A stretch of 64,000 bases of DNA from a virus: positions 32,001 through 96,000 of IMG/VR virus record IMGVR_UViG_3300032326_002451, one strand, 5' to 3'. The notes beneath the pieces were generated by a model. That model was given only the letters and a program-made list of their open reading frames with translations, did no database searches and was not told the DNA's origin. Position 1 is the first letter of the stretch; each line of letters starts with the position of its first letter. The position numbers were made by a program, and so were the translations under genes. Shown here piece after piece: positions 11,101 through 21,930 of this stretch.

Positions 11101-13365
11101 TACAATGGCACTACTTCTGCTATTTCAAACTCAGACTTAGTAAGCAATAATATTCAAATTACATGTTCAGCTATTTATAAAAATAAAATTTATTTAGGAA
11201 CATCTAATGGTCTTCTTTTAACATCAATAACTGGTGACTATTGGAATGTTGTCAATCCTGTAAATCCTAATGATTCAACAAGCTACAAGTACACAAAACC
11301 TATAGTAAGCTTAAAATCAATGGGAGACAAACTTTATATTGGCACAGAAAAAGGCACATCATCTTACCCAAGTATTTATTCATATGATGGCAAATCTATC
11401 ATCAAGATAAAAGATTTTGATGCCACTTTTCAAAGAGTATCATCACTCGGATCATGTAATTTTACATTATTTGCGGGATTGGGCGGACTATATTCTTCTG
11501 CTAATTCAACAATATATAAGTACGATGAAAATGAATGGACTGCTACACTTGCAACCACATATGATGATGTAGAATATTTAGAATACTCTACTGCAAGAAA
11601 GTCTTTAGTAGCAGGTTTTAGAGGCGGTTTCATTTGGGAATTACCATTTGTTGACAGTTTACCAACCGCATGGGCATCAATATATGATACTAATGCAGAC
11701 CATATATATTCAATAAATGACGATAGTCTTGGTAACTATTTGTTCATAAATACAGATGTCAAGAGTGCTATTTATGTCAAGTCCTTAGATACATTCAAAT
11801 CTGTAGATACTTATCACTCTCAAGAAGATGGACTTAATTTACGCTGGAGAAAATATGATACTTACGCTGAATCTTATAGTTCAGATTTAGCTGATAACGA
11901 AAACTTTACATATCAAAACTTTTCTTTATTGAATACTTCTCTTGACACAACTAATTTTTCTATTACTGGATTTACATCAAATTCATCTGTTTTAATTGAG
12001 GGATATATCAAGATTAAAACAGCTGGAGATTATAAGTTTAAGTTATCTACAAATATGGGTGCTAAATTTACTATTAGCACTGCAGCAGCAGAATCTGATT
12101 TCGATACAACAAATAAAACATCAGATGCTGACTTGATTACACCAAGTGCGTTTACATTATCAGAAGATGATTTAGTTTATGTAAAGATAGAAGCATTTAT
12201 TTCTGCATCTACTACACCAACAATTCATCTATATTGGAATAATCTAAATGAAATACAAGGTTATCAAATAATCCCAATTACATATTTAAAAAGATCAAGT
12301 AAAATTAAGTCCATTTTAGAAATAAATGAAAATTATTATGGCGTTGGAAGTGATGGTTTAGTTTATGAATTTGATCCTACATATTACGCTACAAAAGTAA
12401 GAAATGTGTATGCAAGAATCAAAGATAGCGCTGGAAATATTCATGGTTTAGCGTTGGCTGGAAAAACTGATATTGATGAAATCTTGACAGATAAAATTGT
12501 CCAAGACTTAAATACTGTCGAAGGTACATATCAAACTAAAGGAAAAATATTCCAAGTTTTGAAAAATGCCGATAATACTTTACAAACCAGAGTAGTATAT
12601 ACTCCAAATACAAGGCAATATTCTATATTTGCTCCAGATAGAAAAGTCAGAGAAACTGGATATTATGAAGCTGAACCATTCTTTGTGCCAACACTTGTAA
12701 AGTGGTCAAACCTTGTAGTTTTAGTTGCAAATAAATATTCAATCAATACTTACAATGGAAGTATTTTACCAGGTCTTGATGCTGGTACTTCTGTCAAGGT
12801 TTATGTAAGAACAGGAGCTTCAAGGGCTGAATGTTTATTAGCAAATTGGAGTACAGCTTACGAAATAAGCTACATCAATATCAATACGAGTATTCCGCCT
12901 GTTGAAACTTTAGATATTGAATTGCAAGCATACAACGGGAAATGGTTGCAATATAAATTTGAATTAATATCTGCTACTAAAAATGTATCACCGGAAGTTA
13001 TATCTACAACTGTCTCGTACAGTGCAGGTACTTCAAGTTACTATTTTACAAAAATATTTGATACAGCTGATTATGATTCTTCTACTCCTGTGATTAGAAG
13101 AGGTTTGCTTACATCTAATGAGCTACTTAACAATGGAACTATAACTTATGGATACATAAATAGCGAAAATGTAAATGATATTTATGATTTCAACAAGTAT
13201 AAACAAATTACACCAAATGAAGTATTCACAATTGATTCTCCAACAAGCACAATAAAATTTGGAATACTTTTTACATCTGTTGGAGCTAATCCTTCAGTTG
13301 TTTACGATTTTGCAGTTCAATTGGATTTAGGCGGCTCTAACATAAGATTTATGCCGAGTTTGTGA
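8164..13365 (+). CDS. Giant adhesin-like virion protein: 4 SwmB-like Ig repeats, beta-propeller, PA14 domain
   Basis: Four N-terminal ~115-aa units (DG..I.L.F...F.V...L.L...V.VSY...L.D...N...AF....V.N). PA14-like GYIKIKTAGDYKFKLS...IHLYW. Propeller blades (IYLGTSNG, LYIGTE). Confidence 0.7.
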   Translation: MPRKKKNSEDQNNFVAYSGAAPTPVELGQTNESYTSADGTKVYLQFIDVDSNGLYPSSGIQLRFSVTKVVGGTATTVTPVSTFIDSALPKTLQLTLNSSDRVIDGLYNAAGIVTSYQSVFVSYNTSTAGGFGTIPLLSDNDTVKTSVQAFAGLAISNRTSEANGPQILYAFSSTDGTSINAVFREATPPLLPTTGIAGFAVTQGTTPISISNAYVLNPSSATGGTTVVIELSSPLSIATGSNDVKLSYIWPSLYSTRLRDSSALGNTAVAFSGLAVTNLTSETTAPRVVDAYTSNTGVRLIYVKMSEPTLPGDSGTGFSVAIGSSSFPATIILADNSTYAGQGVTEYVMTISHVFNDVDLLELDYNKFSNDFITDQSANLNPLLSFSNKFRIRNLYSNYNPLAPEVVDVFNAGESYVDVNGLDIYLTFDINKYYKTYPDDGIEGLQVFVDGQLTPIKSAISLDRTFFPHVKLTLYNRIYSGSEVKVGFIQGNLRDSNLVIFGNFEPDTIVNNAAIDPVDFFDVLTWYDNSNNSISYDFEIDDNTSELFRKSKIHTNTSVVLDTTAPQGVLILNRAEGDVSSGIKIHKFEAYGTEEIEYSSSSTDVDIRNDAVAWSINSTINKSINKITIKLKLDFSITNTLDFVRISLHSNDTESNVPGDLLSTLGKISFGSLSTSYQEFEISFDKFDITANTLYWIQVACDNIIDATVNTVSIFIPKHTSVGKFLANTSGDTSTGWLSTKDTSVYYKLSSADDNDLELVSQDYVLDIFEKPIRQANYFTESSLRNFELIGDSQSNFLQKRLSKIQIDGTMVYPYVSKIILGATSTKPKNYILEVRSTPETIWTKVFDTIVDESTLDNLVYTFDTPVQISDIRIVYKGDYFTIDSVATLTLAASDNFSDVVSAQISHFSDFRDAKDFSLAGSNGYFDFSEGSTTFLNYAYTNNAEVFKATTGSADSEILTAISHSGKIILGANNTAFTFYNGTTSAISNSDLVSNNIQITCSAIYKNKIYLGTSNGLLLTSITGDYWNVVNPVNPNDSTSYKYTKPIVSLKSMGDKLYIGTEKGTSSYPSIYSYDGKSIIKIKDFDATFQRVSSLGSCNFTLFAGLGGLYSSANSTIYKYDENEWTATLATTYDDVEYLEYSTARKSLVAGFRGGFIWELPFVDSLPTAWASIYDTNADHIYSINDDSLGNYLFINTDVKSAIYVKSLDTFKSVDTYHSQEDGLNLRWRKYDTYAESYSSDLADNENFTYQNFSLLNTSLDTTNFSITGFTSNSSVLIEGYIKIKTAGDYKFKLSTNMGAKFTISTAAAESDFDTTNKTSDADLITPSAFTLSEDDLVYVKIEAFISASTTPTIHLYWNNLNEIQGYQIIPITYLKRSSKIKSILEINENYYGVGSDGLVYEFDPTYYATKVRNVYARIKDSAGNIHGLALAGKTDIDEILTDKIVQDLNTVEGTYQTKGKIFQVLKNADNTLQTRVVYTPNTRQYSIFAPDRKVRETGYYEAEPFFVPTLVKWSNLVVLVANKYSINTYNGSILPGLDAGTSVKVYVRTGASRAECLLANWSTAYEISYININTSIPPVETLDIELQAYNGKWLQYKFELISATKNVSPEVISTTVSYSAGTSSYYFTKIFDTADYDSSTPVIRRGLLTSNELLNNGTITYGYINSENVNDIYDFNKYKQITPNEVFTIDSPTSTIKFGILFTSVGANPSVVYDFAVQLDLGGSNIRFMPSL

Positions 13366-13372
13366 GATATAA

Positions 13373-16300
13373 ATGGCACAGAGAACATCTAAATATAGAT
13401 TTGTTTATCTTCAATATGGGGATAAATGGTATCCAGGACATGATTATGAAAATATGCAAACTGTCGAAAATCAGTTTGAATATTTATATAAATTCATCGG
13501 GCCAAGTGTTGGATTAGGATGGACTGCTGATTTATTAACAAATTATAGAGATGATCAACTTCAATTGATCTCAGGTTACTTGAGTAATCCTTTAGGTGAG
13601 TTTGGTAAATACATGACAAGCATGAACCTTAATTTTGGTTCATCGTATATATGCGCAGCTGGAACTACTAACAATATAACACTTTCTGGTGGAGCACCTA
13701 ATTCTCTTGATGGCATAAGCCTTGCATCAAACGATAAAATTTTAGTCAAGAATCAAACTGATAAAACAGAAAATGGTGTTTATTATGTTTCCACTTTGGG
13801 GACAGGGTCTGATGGTACTTGGTTACGATCTTCAGTATTAGATGAAGCAAGTGATTTCAGTACAAACTTTTTATCTTATGTTTCTTCTGGTTCTGCAAAC
13901 ACTTCTACACTGTGGTTGGCTTCTTCTCTTGGAAGTTCTTTTGGTTCAACTAACTTGTATTTTATTGATGCATTTTCACAATGTATCAAAGTTTTTCCAG
14001 GTTCAGGAATTGTTGATGTTTTTTCTGCAAAAACAGAAAAGCCTTATTACTTTAGGTTTCAAAATGCCAATAGTTATCATGTTTGGGCTGAACCTTCATC
14101 GAGCTTAAATTACAATAATGTTTGTAAAATTATAGCCCCTAATACCCCCAATATTAATTATGACGATACTCACAAGGCTACATATCTTCTGACAGCAAAA
14201 TCTTCTTTGGGTTCAACTCTTTATGATGCGCCCTCAGTATCTGAAATAATTTATGGATACAAAAGAAAAAATTTGATCAATGAGTCAGAAGAGTTTCAAG
14301 ATAGTCTGACTAAAGGTTTTTTGAGCCATAAACATCTTGGATCTTTGTCAAGTCCTTCAAAGATAGATTTGACATCAGATGTAATTCTTTTTGGATCTTC
14401 AACATACAATGAAGTGCAAAGAGTGTCAAATTCATCTTTTGTATTAGTTTATCCAGACAACACTTTGTTTTCAGGGAATTTTGATATTTATGGAATGCCG
14501 AGCGTATATGTAAATGATTTAAAGCTTTCTGAAAATGATTATAGGTTTGAATTAGATACCACACCATGTAAAATTATTCTCAAAAATAGTATTTCTCAAA
14601 ATAGTGTCATAAGAGTAATTCTTCCTATTTTTACTCAAAAAGAATTGGTAGCTATTGATTCAAATGGTAACTTGGCTGGATCAACAATAACTTCAGCTGG
14701 CTATGTGTATATTTCAGATGGAGTGCTGGAAGATAGAAATCCTAATGATAATAATGCCGAGCTTGTATATAGGAATTTTTCTTGGAGTAAATCAAAATAT
14801 CAAACTCCAGAATTATATTTAAATGATAATAAAATCAATCCAAAATACTATACTTTAAATAACGATTCTGCACTTTTGTACTTTGATGATACTCTCCCAA
14901 ATATAAGTTCATATACTTATAGTAACTTAAAAATAAAATTATCATCTGTAGGAAAGGAGTTCACTGAAAATATAAGTAGCTCCAATACTCAAGATATAAA
15001 TGCTTCTTCATTTTCTTCTGGCACATTATCGAACAGTAGGATTTCTAATTTATCTCATAACTTCTACATGAGATATAAGAAAAATTGTACCTTTACCGCA
15101 AGTAAACATCTTATTACAGGAAGTGGTTCAACTTTCTTTTATCCAGAAAATACAATCTCTGATTTGCAGTTTAATATTGCAACATACTCAATATTTTCGA
15201 GTGCTAATTTTGGAAATACAAATGTTTTATTAGGCACACAAAGAGGATTGATGACTTCAAGCTCATCATTGACTCCAATAAAACTTTCATCTAATTTTAA
15301 CAATGATTTAGGTAGACCCAAAGATTTTCAAGACAATATACTACATCCTGATGAAACCAACTATTTCAAAGAAACATATATGTCTACTTTGCAAGGAAAA
15401 CTTTTCTATACTAAAAATGATGGAAATACATGGACAGAGATAAAACTTCCATACACAACCGCAGAGAGACAAGCTATAGTTTACGATTTTGATGTTTCAA
15501 CTGAGAAAGTGCAAGAGACTGATACTTCCTTTTATTACAAAACAAACTTATATGTCACAACTGACAATGGCTTGTATTATGCACAAATTAGAGAAGGCTA
15601 TACTGAAGAAAACTGGGATTGGAATCTTGTCAATCGATATGTTATCAATGACACAATAAATTATTCTGTTGACAACCTTACATCTTCTGTGGAGATTGTA
15701 ACCAAAAATATTGAAATTATTCCTGGTGAAAATGATCTTGTAACATACGATAGAAATTTGTATGTTGGGTCTAATTCAGATCAATATCCTGGATTGTATG
15801 TTGGAACAGCTTCTGGTTTAGAGCAAATATTTTACGAACCAGTAAATGGAATTTTTTGGATTCAAGATGGTAAGGTTAACACAAACAAAAATAACCTTAT
15901 ATGGTGGAGTGACTATGATGTATATCATACACATTCATCAAAGTACGTTTCTAATGAAAACGGTGCTTACTGGATTCCACCCTTCACAGACACAAATGCC
16001 CTTTTTTCACCAGTATATGCAGCTACAACAGCAAATGTGACTCTCTCTGGTAATCAAACTATAGATGGTCAATTTTTAGTTGATGGTGATACAGTTTTAG
16101 TAAAAGATCAAGATAATGAAGAAGAAAATGGTATTTATATCGTGTCTTCAGGAGCATGGACAAGACGAACAGATTTTGATTCAAGTTTGGATTATGAAAC
16201 TGAAAAAAGAGTTGAAGTCCAGAATGGCAACTTATATGGTGGATCTTTATGGTTTTTAGTACCAAGAGATTCATTCACAATAAATGTAGATCCGATTATC

Positions 16301-19300
16301 TGGGATATTTATAAAACTATCTTGTATAGTACTTTTCAATACCCTTATGCAACATCTCGTCCAAAAATACAAAACGTGATAATGCGAAATAATGGCGATA
16401 ATGAGTACTTCATCATTACTACTGATTCAATTATTTTAGTCAATGATAGCGGAGTTCGTCCTGTATTAACTGAATTTCCTTGGGACACTCCTTTCCAAGG
16501 CACACTTAGAAATGCTTTGAGTGTAAGAACTTCTGATGCAAATGGATTATTGTATGCAGTTTCAGATAGAGGCCTGTTTGTTTCAACATCATATTTATGG
16601 GCCGACAAAAATTCAATTACTCAAACATTAAATCTTACTGATCACTGGAACAGAGTAGATAATTTTTTCCTTGACTCAGATACATTAAAATTATTTGATG
16701 TAAACTCAGGGGCACAAAATAATTCTTTTTCTTTGATTCCACAATATCAAATAGTTTTATTCAATACTGCTATAGAAAAAGGAACAAACTATTACTATGA
16801 AAGATCGTTTACAGATTTTTACACGGATCCATGGGAACAATCTTTCATTGATGATAATGGAAATACTTATGAGAATAGAGTAGTAGTTTACATAGACAAT
16901 GAGCCTACCAAAATACCTTATATAACTGACCCATCTTTAGGTTTGATAAGGTTTACATCAAGTGTGGACTCAAAGTATCTGAATAGTGTTCAAGTTTCTA
17001 TATCTGCAAATAATATGTATTTGACTAATATTGGACAAAGAACTCATGAAGAAATATTCATAGGAGTTGGAAAATCTGAACCTATAGCTGTTTTATTTTC
17101 AGAAAATTCTATTTCTTCTGATTCTATATTTCTAAATCAAACCATAGATTCTAATATTAAAATTTTACTTCTTGAAAATGGCACTAATAGAGAAGTAGTA
17201 TATGTCAAAAAAATAGACAATTATGCTAATCCTGTCAGAGTAGATCTGCAATATGCAAGGTCAAGCGCTGGGCCTTCATTCATATTTCCAGAAGGTTCGA
17301 CAGTTTATTCAGTAAGTGACAGCCTTAGTTCCAGTATAGAAAACGATCTCTATGGATTACTTTCTAATGAAACTTACAATTTGGCTTCTGATAATAATGT
17401 AAACACCGAAAAATTAATTTTAGGTTTGCAAAACGAGATTCCAAATTTATTTGATATTTCTCCAGCCGCTGTAATTTCTCAAACTGATACAAGGGGCCTC
17501 AAGAATGTCAAATATGTGAATGACTTTGAAAATGATAATTTATTTGATATTGCTGATTCTTATATAAATGAAAATATTGGCTTGGAATATAGTGCAGATG
17601 ACCCAGCTTTTGAAGTAAAAGACATTTCAAGTATTACAAATTTATCAACTGAAGGCATAGACACGATAGTTTCAACAGACAAAGGTTTATGGAAGTTTAC
17701 TGGTGGAATATGGAAGAGTTTATTACCGTCTGAGGTATACAGATTCAACTTTGTCAAAAAACTTACAGATGGATCCTATATTGCTGCTTCTGAAAATGGT
17801 CTTTTTATTGGTGACAATTCTTATAACTTTACAAAAGATTCATTATTTACTCAAGATGTCTTAGATTTAGAAGAAGGTTTGTGGGGCAATGAATATTTCA
17901 GAGTTTATGGTAAAAGAGATGGCTTACTATTTATAAAATCTCCTGATACTTCATTTTTCACTTCTGAATATGTTTCTGAATTAGACAATGTAGCTACAAA
18001 CGGAATTGCAAAATTATCTTCTAATAGGATTATAGATTCTGTCCTGACTTCTTATGACATTATTTTTGCATGTTCAGATATTGGTTTTTATGGAATTTGC
18101 AATGGTATAAATTCTGATGTTTTTTCGAATTCACTTACTTGTAAAAAGCTTATAACTAATAACCCGTCTGGAGTGACTAAATATTTCAAATGTTTTACGC
18201 CATTTATTACTCCAACAATACCTGCCAATAATAATACTTCAAATTATTTATTCATATTGACTGATGATGGAGTATTGAGAGTTGACAATTGGAAATGGTG
18301 TGACCCTACAAGTTCAACAGGTGCTACTTTCAATATTGATCAAAGATTTTTACAGGGAGTTCAATGTTATAGTTCTACTCTTGATGTTTCTGAAAGTCCT
18401 GATAATGTTTTGCCTGGAAAATCTAAAATATTTATTGGCACTGAAAAAGGTGTATACAGATCGCTTGATGGTGGTTTATCTTTTGAGCCAACACAAAAGT
18501 TTAATGATTTATTTCTGGTTATTCATAATTTAGAAATATTCGAATCTACTTATTTATCAAACAGTTCTTATGTAACCAACAATGTTTTAGTTGCAAGTAC
18601 AAATATGGGTATTTGGTATTCTGTAAACGATGGAGACAATTGGTACCTAAGTGGATCTGCTACAGATGATAATGAATATCCTTTGCTGATTACAGAAAAG
18701 CCATCAAATAATGTAAAAACAACTGAAAATATAGCTGTAGATGGATACCTTGCTCAAACATTTGTGACTAAAAATAGCGCTTCGACCATAGATAAAGTTT
18801 TTGTTATGCTTGAAGTTAATACGGAGCTTTCGAGTAACCAATACTATAATAATTCAGTCACAAGTAACACATTACAAGCATTTTTATGTAATCTTGACGG
18901 AAATGGTAAGCCCGATATGTCAAGTGTATTAGCTTCAAGTTCTAACACTAAAAATCCGAAAGATATAGTCAAGGGTGATTTTTCTTATTTCAACTTCAAC
19001 TACTCAGCTTCAGCAAATTCGAACATTGGCTTAGTTATTAAGGAAACCTTAGCTCCTAATTCTATTTCAGTTGTTTCTTGGAAAAAATCTAATTTGCAAA
19101 ATGCTTATCTAAATGGAAAAGCATTTACTTACACTTCACCCAATTGGAGTGTATTAGATTCAGACAATGATAATGATTTTTTATTCAAAGTTTTTTACAG
19201 TACAGAATCTACACAAACTGAAACAATAGTACCAGTAGGAAATGAGGATGGGTCTGTAATAGGGTGGGATAGTGGTGTGTCAAGAGGTGTTATTTCTACA

Positions 19301-21871
19301 GACACAGGAAGACTGACCTTAGACATAAGATTCTTAGTAAGTCTTATCATTGATGATTCGCTATCTATGCAAGTCTCAGCATCTAATTCTAATTATGAAG
19401 AAAAAATATTAGAATTGCTTACTAATATAAAAGATAGAACCATAAAGTCAGTATCATCTGAAAACCAAGAATTCACTGCTTATGATTTGTGGCTTGCAGA
19501 TACAATAACAAACCACAAGACAAAACCAGGATTTGTAAGAAGCCTTTCTCAAATTGAAAATTATATAAATAATTTAAATCAAGAAGGAATAAATACTGAT
19601 TTATATTCTGCAATTGATATAGCTTCTGTGGGCATGAATCCAGCTGCTGTAAATGATTTATATATAAAATTAAATGATGAAACAAATAATGTTTTAAGAT
19701 CTGAAATAGTCCTTGACTATTTATCTCAAAACACAAGACTTAGACTCAATGACTTGACACTGCAATATCAGAGTGAGACAATTATAAATGATTGGGATGA
19801 AACAGAAGCTGGTATTACGACAAGCGAAACCGCAAGAAATTTGATGCTTGATAGATTTTCAAGCACCTATATACCCTTGATGATTGTTGTAACTGATGGT
19901 GAAAACATAACTTACACTAATATTGATGGAATTCTAAAGAATACAGAATTGTTCTGGAACAATCAAGGTTTTGATGTTCTTGTTTTTGGATTATCTGGGT
20001 CTGATTTTCAAACAAGTTTAATTCATTTGACTCAAAATGGTGGCTATTATTTTAGCCTTGAAAATGATACAGATTGGGATAACGTAATTGATTTACTATT
20101 GCATGGTGGTAATAAGTCTTTATTCAAGGGGTCCTGGAGCAAAGAATATTATTACGACGTTCCAAAATACATAAAATCAGTATATGCTGATTACACATAT
20201 AGTACAGGTCAACTTTATGATAGCGAGTGTACAGTTGAGTTCAGATATTCTGAAGATTACTTAAATTTTACCAGCTGGATATCTTTATCTTCTACTACAT
20301 CTTATTCTATTGATAAAAAAATAACAAATATAGAATACAGAATTAACATGACTGAAGGATGGACTGGTTCAGCTATAGTTACACCATATGTTTCTTCGCT
20401 TTATCATATAGAAGTTGAGCCATCAGAAAAAATATTATTCAGTAATGAAATCACAACAAATGGTTACTTAAATGAATATATATTGACTTCAAACGAAGAT
20501 GAATACGAAACTGCTAAATTTGAGTGGGGAATTGTAAGAGGAAACAGCACTAATTGGAATAATTTTGAAAAAATTGTAGTTGGAAAGAACTCTGTCTTAG
20601 CACAAAGACAAAAAACAATTCAAAATACCAATGAAGTAAATTATAATGGCCTTATTGCAATCAGTATAGATAATGGTTACATAAAATACCAAATTTATAA
20701 AGACGGAGAAATTTTCAAGTGGGATACAAATGCTACCATAGATGTTTTTGTTTCTGGAACTTTGATTTCTCAAAATTTTTATAGATATGATAATAATCTT
20801 GGACTTATTACTTTTGATAGTCCATTGTCAAGTCAAGACACTGTAATTGTTAATATTGTTTTACTTTCTTCAGATTACATATCTTTCGGAGAAAATACCA
20901 CTACGAATGATTACAAAACATATCATGCAGAAAATGGTTCATGGATTAATGATGAGGACATTGTAGTTTATGTAAACAATGAAATTCAAAGAGGCAACTA
21001 CGATCTTGATTCATTTTCTGGTGCAGTGGTTTTCAATAAATATCTAAATTCTACCGACAAAGTAAACATATTTGTAAAATTGTCCAATTCTTTTAGAATT
21101 GCAGTTAAAATTTATGATTATGATACGTCAGTTTCAAAACCTATAGATTTTGCATTGACATATACAACTTTGAATAATCTGAATAAAGTTTCAGAGTATA
21201 GAAATTATGCTCTACCAAGTATAGTTGATAATAAAATAACTTTAAAATCTACACTTATTACTGATAGTAATGGAGTTTCTATTAAGTATCCGATTTATGT
21301 CGAGTATGTATATGATAGCTCTGATGGATCTTCTGAAAAATCTACGAACATTTACTGGTTCAGAACAAGAAGTGGTACTACCACACAAATTAATGTAACT
21401 AACCTATTGCCAAATTATGACAATAGAGTTTTACAAAGACAATATGACCTCAATGGGCAAGATAATGTGTTTTTGTCTGGTGATGAAATATTTGTTAGGG
21501 TAGAACCCAAAAATACATTCAAGACAGGCTTGCTATATACATCTGAAATTTACACATTGTCTTCAGTTTCAAAACCATACACTGTTGATGTGAAAATTAA
21601 ATCATCAACAGCAGTGGTTTCTAATGCAAGCATTGGTTCAGGAAATACTTTGACTGCGTATTACGGTTACACAGATACTGATTTGTCTACTGATTCATCA
21701 ATTGTGACTTGGTATGATTGGTCAACAGGAACAAGAGTGGAAATTTCTACAGGAAATACATTAGATTCATCTTTTGTTATTGCTGGTAAAATTATTTCAT
21801 TTGTAGTTCTTCCTTTCAATGGAGTTACATACGGAGATCAAGTAGAGAGTGATCTTGTAGTAATAGTATAA
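13373..21871 (+). CDS. Giant (2832 aa) tail/baseplate-associated protein with Asp-box propellers, VWA domain and Ig-like C-terminus
   Basis: Two 'IDG..L..D..LVK.Q...ENG.Y.V...W.R...D' modules. Asp-boxes YTKNDGNTW, YRSLDGGLSF and YSVNDGDNW. VWA MIDAS IIDDSLSM...TDLY...VVTDGE. HxH motif HKHLG. Confidence 0.75.
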   Translation: MAQRTSKYRFVYLQYGDKWYPGHDYENMQTVENQFEYLYKFIGPSVGLGWTADLLTNYRDDQLQLISGYLSNPLGEFGKYMTSMNLNFGSSYICAAGTTNNITLSGGAPNSLDGISLASNDKILVKNQTDKTENGVYYVSTLGTGSDGTWLRSSVLDEASDFSTNFLSYVSSGSANTSTLWLASSLGSSFGSTNLYFIDAFSQCIKVFPGSGIVDVFSAKTEKPYYFRFQNANSYHVWAEPSSSLNYNNVCKIIAPNTPNINYDDTHKATYLLTAKSSLGSTLYDAPSVSEIIYGYKRKNLINESEEFQDSLTKGFLSHKHLGSLSSPSKIDLTSDVILFGSSTYNEVQRVSNSSFVLVYPDNTLFSGNFDIYGMPSVYVNDLKLSENDYRFELDTTPCKIILKNSISQNSVIRVILPIFTQKELVAIDSNGNLAGSTITSAGYVYISDGVLEDRNPNDNNAELVYRNFSWSKSKYQTPELYLNDNKINPKYYTLNNDSALLYFDDTLPNISSYTYSNLKIKLSSVGKEFTENISSSNTQDINASSFSSGTLSNSRISNLSHNFYMRYKKNCTFTASKHLITGSGSTFFYPENTISDLQFNIATYSIFSSANFGNTNVLLGTQRGLMTSSSSLTPIKLSSNFNNDLGRPKDFQDNILHPDETNYFKETYMSTLQGKLFYTKNDGNTWTEIKLPYTTAERQAIVYDFDVSTEKVQETDTSFYYKTNLYVTTDNGLYYAQIREGYTEENWDWNLVNRYVINDTINYSVDNLTSSVEIVTKNIEIIPGENDLVTYDRNLYVGSNSDQYPGLYVGTASGLEQIFYEPVNGIFWIQDGKVNTNKNNLIWWSDYDVYHTHSSKYVSNENGAYWIPPFTDTNALFSPVYAATTANVTLSGNQTIDGQFLVDGDTVLVKDQDNEEENGIYIVSSGAWTRRTDFDSSLDYETEKRVEVQNGNLYGGSLWFLVPRDSFTINVDPIIWDIYKTILYSTFQYPYATSRPKIQNVIMRNNGDNEYFIITTDSIILVNDSGVRPVLTEFPWDTPFQGTLRNALSVRTSDANGLLYAVSDRGLFVSTSYLWADKNSITQTLNLTDHWNRVDNFFLDSDTLKLFDVNSGAQNNSFSLIPQYQIVLFNTAIEKGTNYYYERSFTDFYTDPWEQSFIDDNGNTYENRVVVYIDNEPTKIPYITDPSLGLIRFTSSVDSKYLNSVQVSISANNMYLTNIGQRTHEEIFIGVGKSEPIAVLFSENSISSDSIFLNQTIDSNIKILLLENGTNREVVYVKKIDNYANPVRVDLQYARSSAGPSFIFPEGSTVYSVSDSLSSSIENDLYGLLSNETYNLASDNNVNTEKLILGLQNEIPNLFDISPAAVISQTDTRGLKNVKYVNDFENDNLFDIADSYINENIGLEYSADDPAFEVKDISSITNLSTEGIDTIVSTDKGLWKFTGGIWKSLLPSEVYRFNFVKKLTDGSYIAASENGLFIGDNSYNFTKDSLFTQDVLDLEEGLWGNEYFRVYGKRDGLLFIKSPDTSFFTSEYVSELDNVATNGIAKLSSNRIIDSVLTSYDIIFACSDIGFYGICNGINSDVFSNSLTCKKLITNNPSGVTKYFKCFTPFITPTIPANNNTSNYLFILTDDGVLRVDNWKWCDPTSSTGATFNIDQRFLQGVQCYSSTLDVSESPDNVLPGKSKIFIGTEKGVYRSLDGGLSFEPTQKFNDLFLVIHNLEIFESTYLSNSSYVTNNVLVASTNMGIWYSVNDGDNWYLSGSATDDNEYPLLITEKPSNNVKTTENIAVDGYLAQTFVTKNSASTIDKVFVMLEVNTELSSNQYYNNSVTSNTLQAFLCNLDGNGKPDMSSVLASSSNTKNPKDIVKGDFSYFNFNYSASANSNIGLVIKETLAPNSISVVSWKKSNLQNAYLNGKAFTYTSPNWSVLDSDNDNDFLFKVFYSTESTQTETIVPVGNEDGSVIGWDSGVSRGVISTDTGRLTLDIRFLVSLIIDDSLSMQVSASNSNYEEKILELLTNIKDRTIKSVSSENQEFTAYDLWLADTITNHKTKPGFVRSLSQIENYINNLNQEGINTDLYSAIDIASVGMNPAAVNDLYIKLNDETNNVLRSEIVLDYLSQNTRLRLNDLTLQYQSETIINDWDETEAGITTSETARNLMLDRFSSTYIPLMIVVTDGENITYTNIDGILKNTELFWNNQGFDVLVFGLSGSDFQTSLIHLTQNGGYYFSLENDTDWDNVIDLLLHGGNKSLFKGSWSKEYYYDVPKYIKSVYADYTYSTGQLYDSECTVEFRYSEDYLNFTSWISLSSTTSYSIDKKITNIEYRINMTEGWTGSAIVTPYVSSLYHIEVEPSEKILFSNEITTNGYLNEYILTSNEDEYETAKFEWGIVRGNSTNWNNFEKIVVGKNSVLAQRQKTIQNTNEVNYNGLIAISIDNGYIKYQIYKDGEIFKWDTNATIDVFVSGTLISQNFYRYDNNLGLITFDSPLSSQDTVIVNIVLLSSDYISFGENTTTNDYKTYHAENGSWINDEDIVVYVNNEIQRGNYDLDSFSGAVVFNKYLNSTDKVNIFVKLSNSFRIAVKIYDYDTSVSKPIDFALTYTTLNNLNKVSEYRNYALPSIVDNKITLKSTLITDSNGVSIKYPIYVEYVYDSSDGSSEKSTNIYWFRTRSGTTTQINVTNLLPNYDNRVLQRQYDLNGQDNVFLSGDEIFVRVEPKNTFKTGLLYTSEIYTLSSVSKPYTVDVKIKSSTAVVSNASIGSGNTLTAYYGYTDTDLSTDSSIVTWYDWSTGTRVEISTGNTLDSSFVIAGKIISFVVLPFNGVTYGDQVESDLVVIV

Positions 21872-21930
21872 AGGAATATATATAGATTCGTCAGGAATTT
21901 AAAAATATCTCGTTCAAAAAAGGAAATACA

